Shown: positions 62,677-64,000 of the stretch, in pieces
How positions within the stretch are numbered: the stretch's first letter is position 1
How the letters are laid out: the number at the start of each line of letters is the position of its first letter
DNA from: Selaginella moellendorffii
Lineage: Eukaryota; Plantae; Lycopodiophyta
DNA length: 64,000 bases
Assembly (NCBI RefSeq): GCF_000143415.4
Contig: NW_003314281.1
Coordinates: 2,213,405-2,277,404 of the forward strand
Reading direction: 5' to 3'
Notes under the pieces: model-generated
Told to the model about the DNA's origin: nothing
Database searches by the model: none
Seen by the model: only the letters and a program-made list of their open reading frames with translations
Made by a program: the position numbers and the translations under genes

Positions 62677-64000
62677 GACAATTGTGACAGTAGAGTTTAA
62701 AGTACAAGACCAAACAACCCAAGAAATATTTTGGAAGTCCCTTTCGGATATTGTCCTAAAGCAGACTGATAAGCTTACAAACTTTCGCAGTTTCATGATA
62801 GATGGGGCTAATGTAAATTGGAATGGTGTTCGAGCAATTTTTGGGAATGGTCAATTATTGGAAGGTTATGAGAGTTCCATTGGGCTCAAATCCTAAACTA
62901 ACACTGCCACTTTATCTAGCCAAAGTTTCAATTAATGTTTAAGGAGTTGTGTAAACAGTGATAGGTTGCACCTTCTAAAGAAGAGCATAAGGTAAAAGCA
63001 AATAAGATTTGAATGTGATGGCGTAAAAATGGCCATACGGATATAAATTGTTTATTCATGGTTAGGGTGGTGGGAAGTTAAGATGTTCCAGTAAGGACAT
63101 CACTCTTTTTAAGTTGGTTTCTATTTTTTCTTCTCATTTTATTGCCTTTTAATATTGCCTTTTCCATTAATGGAGTACACTCTCTGAGCTTCTATTGGTG
63201 ATATGAAGATTATTTGCTTAAAGTGTTGTTTTCCTTTTGCTGGTGAAGATGTTGGTAATAAGAATACTTTTTCTGCAAACATCTTATTTTTTGTTTTAAC
63301 AAATATCCCTATTATGGCATGTAATAAATATTTAAATTGTTAGAACAAGAAGTGCTCTTTAGAACATTTTTATCTATATAATATGTATGGAGGTATGAAA
63401 TTATTAAATTCATAACCTTATTTAAAGTTTTTAATGTTTGTATTAAACTACAATTGAAATTTGAGCTCAACTTATGAGCTCAACTCTTCAACTTGTGAGT
63501 TCAAATATAGTCCACACTCTATAAAATCTATGACATGGATATAAACATGGTTGGAACTTAGTGTGTTTTATGATTTAGATAAGTTTAAGGTGCAAATGGT
63601 GCAAAGCTATTTTGAGTACACTTTTGGAATATTTACAAAGTCTAATAAATGGTCAGCTCTTGTTTTGGGTTTAATTTTGTGTTTATCATCAACTTTTAGA
63701 ATGCTATTATGGTGATCCCATCCAGTATTGTGGAGGATTCAAGGACTAAAATGAAATCGAGGAAGTTATGTCTAAAGCTTAGACATGCTAATGTTTTTAT
63801 CACTATCATCTCCAACTGAGGTTGCTGATTATCAACTCACTTGGCAAGAATAGCAAAATCAACACATTTTAACACTTTGATTTATAAGAACTACTGCCCT
63901 TAAAGAATAACTCAGACAGCGCGGCTAGGGCTACACACGACACTATGGAACGGTGGCAGCATCAGCTGCCTGCGTCTTGCCTTTTTTGACCGTATTTTTT

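Larger units (their letters stand above)
24248..63932 (+). repeat. ~12-kb tandem segmental array: unit 1 24248-36288, unit 2 36289-48339, unit 3 48340-60312, partial unit 4 60313-63932
   Basis: Matching ORF sets recur at offsets of ~12041-12054, ~11970 and ~12000; the anchor TGATAGTTTTAATGTTAC occurs at 24248, 36289, 48340 and 60313. Confidence 0.97.

Overview
Eukaryotic, repeat-rich genomic DNA. The very short GT-AG introns (44-65 nt), Gypsy/TRIM/Mutator-type remnants, heavy C>T decay and N-gaps suggest a seed-free land plant such as Selaginella; this is inference only. Left part (1-24240): nested, dead transposons. It holds (i) pieces of a large DNA-transposon-like element with a Mutator/MULE-type DDE transposase and a divergently oriented intron-containing gene carrying a ParB/sulfiredoxin-like IIDGNHR motif, separated by palindromic tandem arrays; (ii) a decayed Ty3/Gypsy gag-pol interrupted by a younger ~7.3-kb LTR element (TG..CA, TSD TCCGG); and (iii) an inverted LTR fragment of the same family. 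Right part (24248-63932): a ~12-kb tandem array of 3 full units plus a partial 4th. Each full unit carries one intact 7-exon gene (~921 aa) predicted to encode an N-terminal header, a STAND/AAA+-like P-loop NTPase, a PD-(D/E)xK restriction-endonuclease-fold domain and a basic 11-aa-repeat tail. This resembles the Crinkler/RHS (CR)-type NTPase+REase effector architecture. The gene lies between two convergent MULE transposase remnants. The three predicted proteins are identical, while the surrounding TE DNA differs between units. All calls come from manual reading; no database searches were run.
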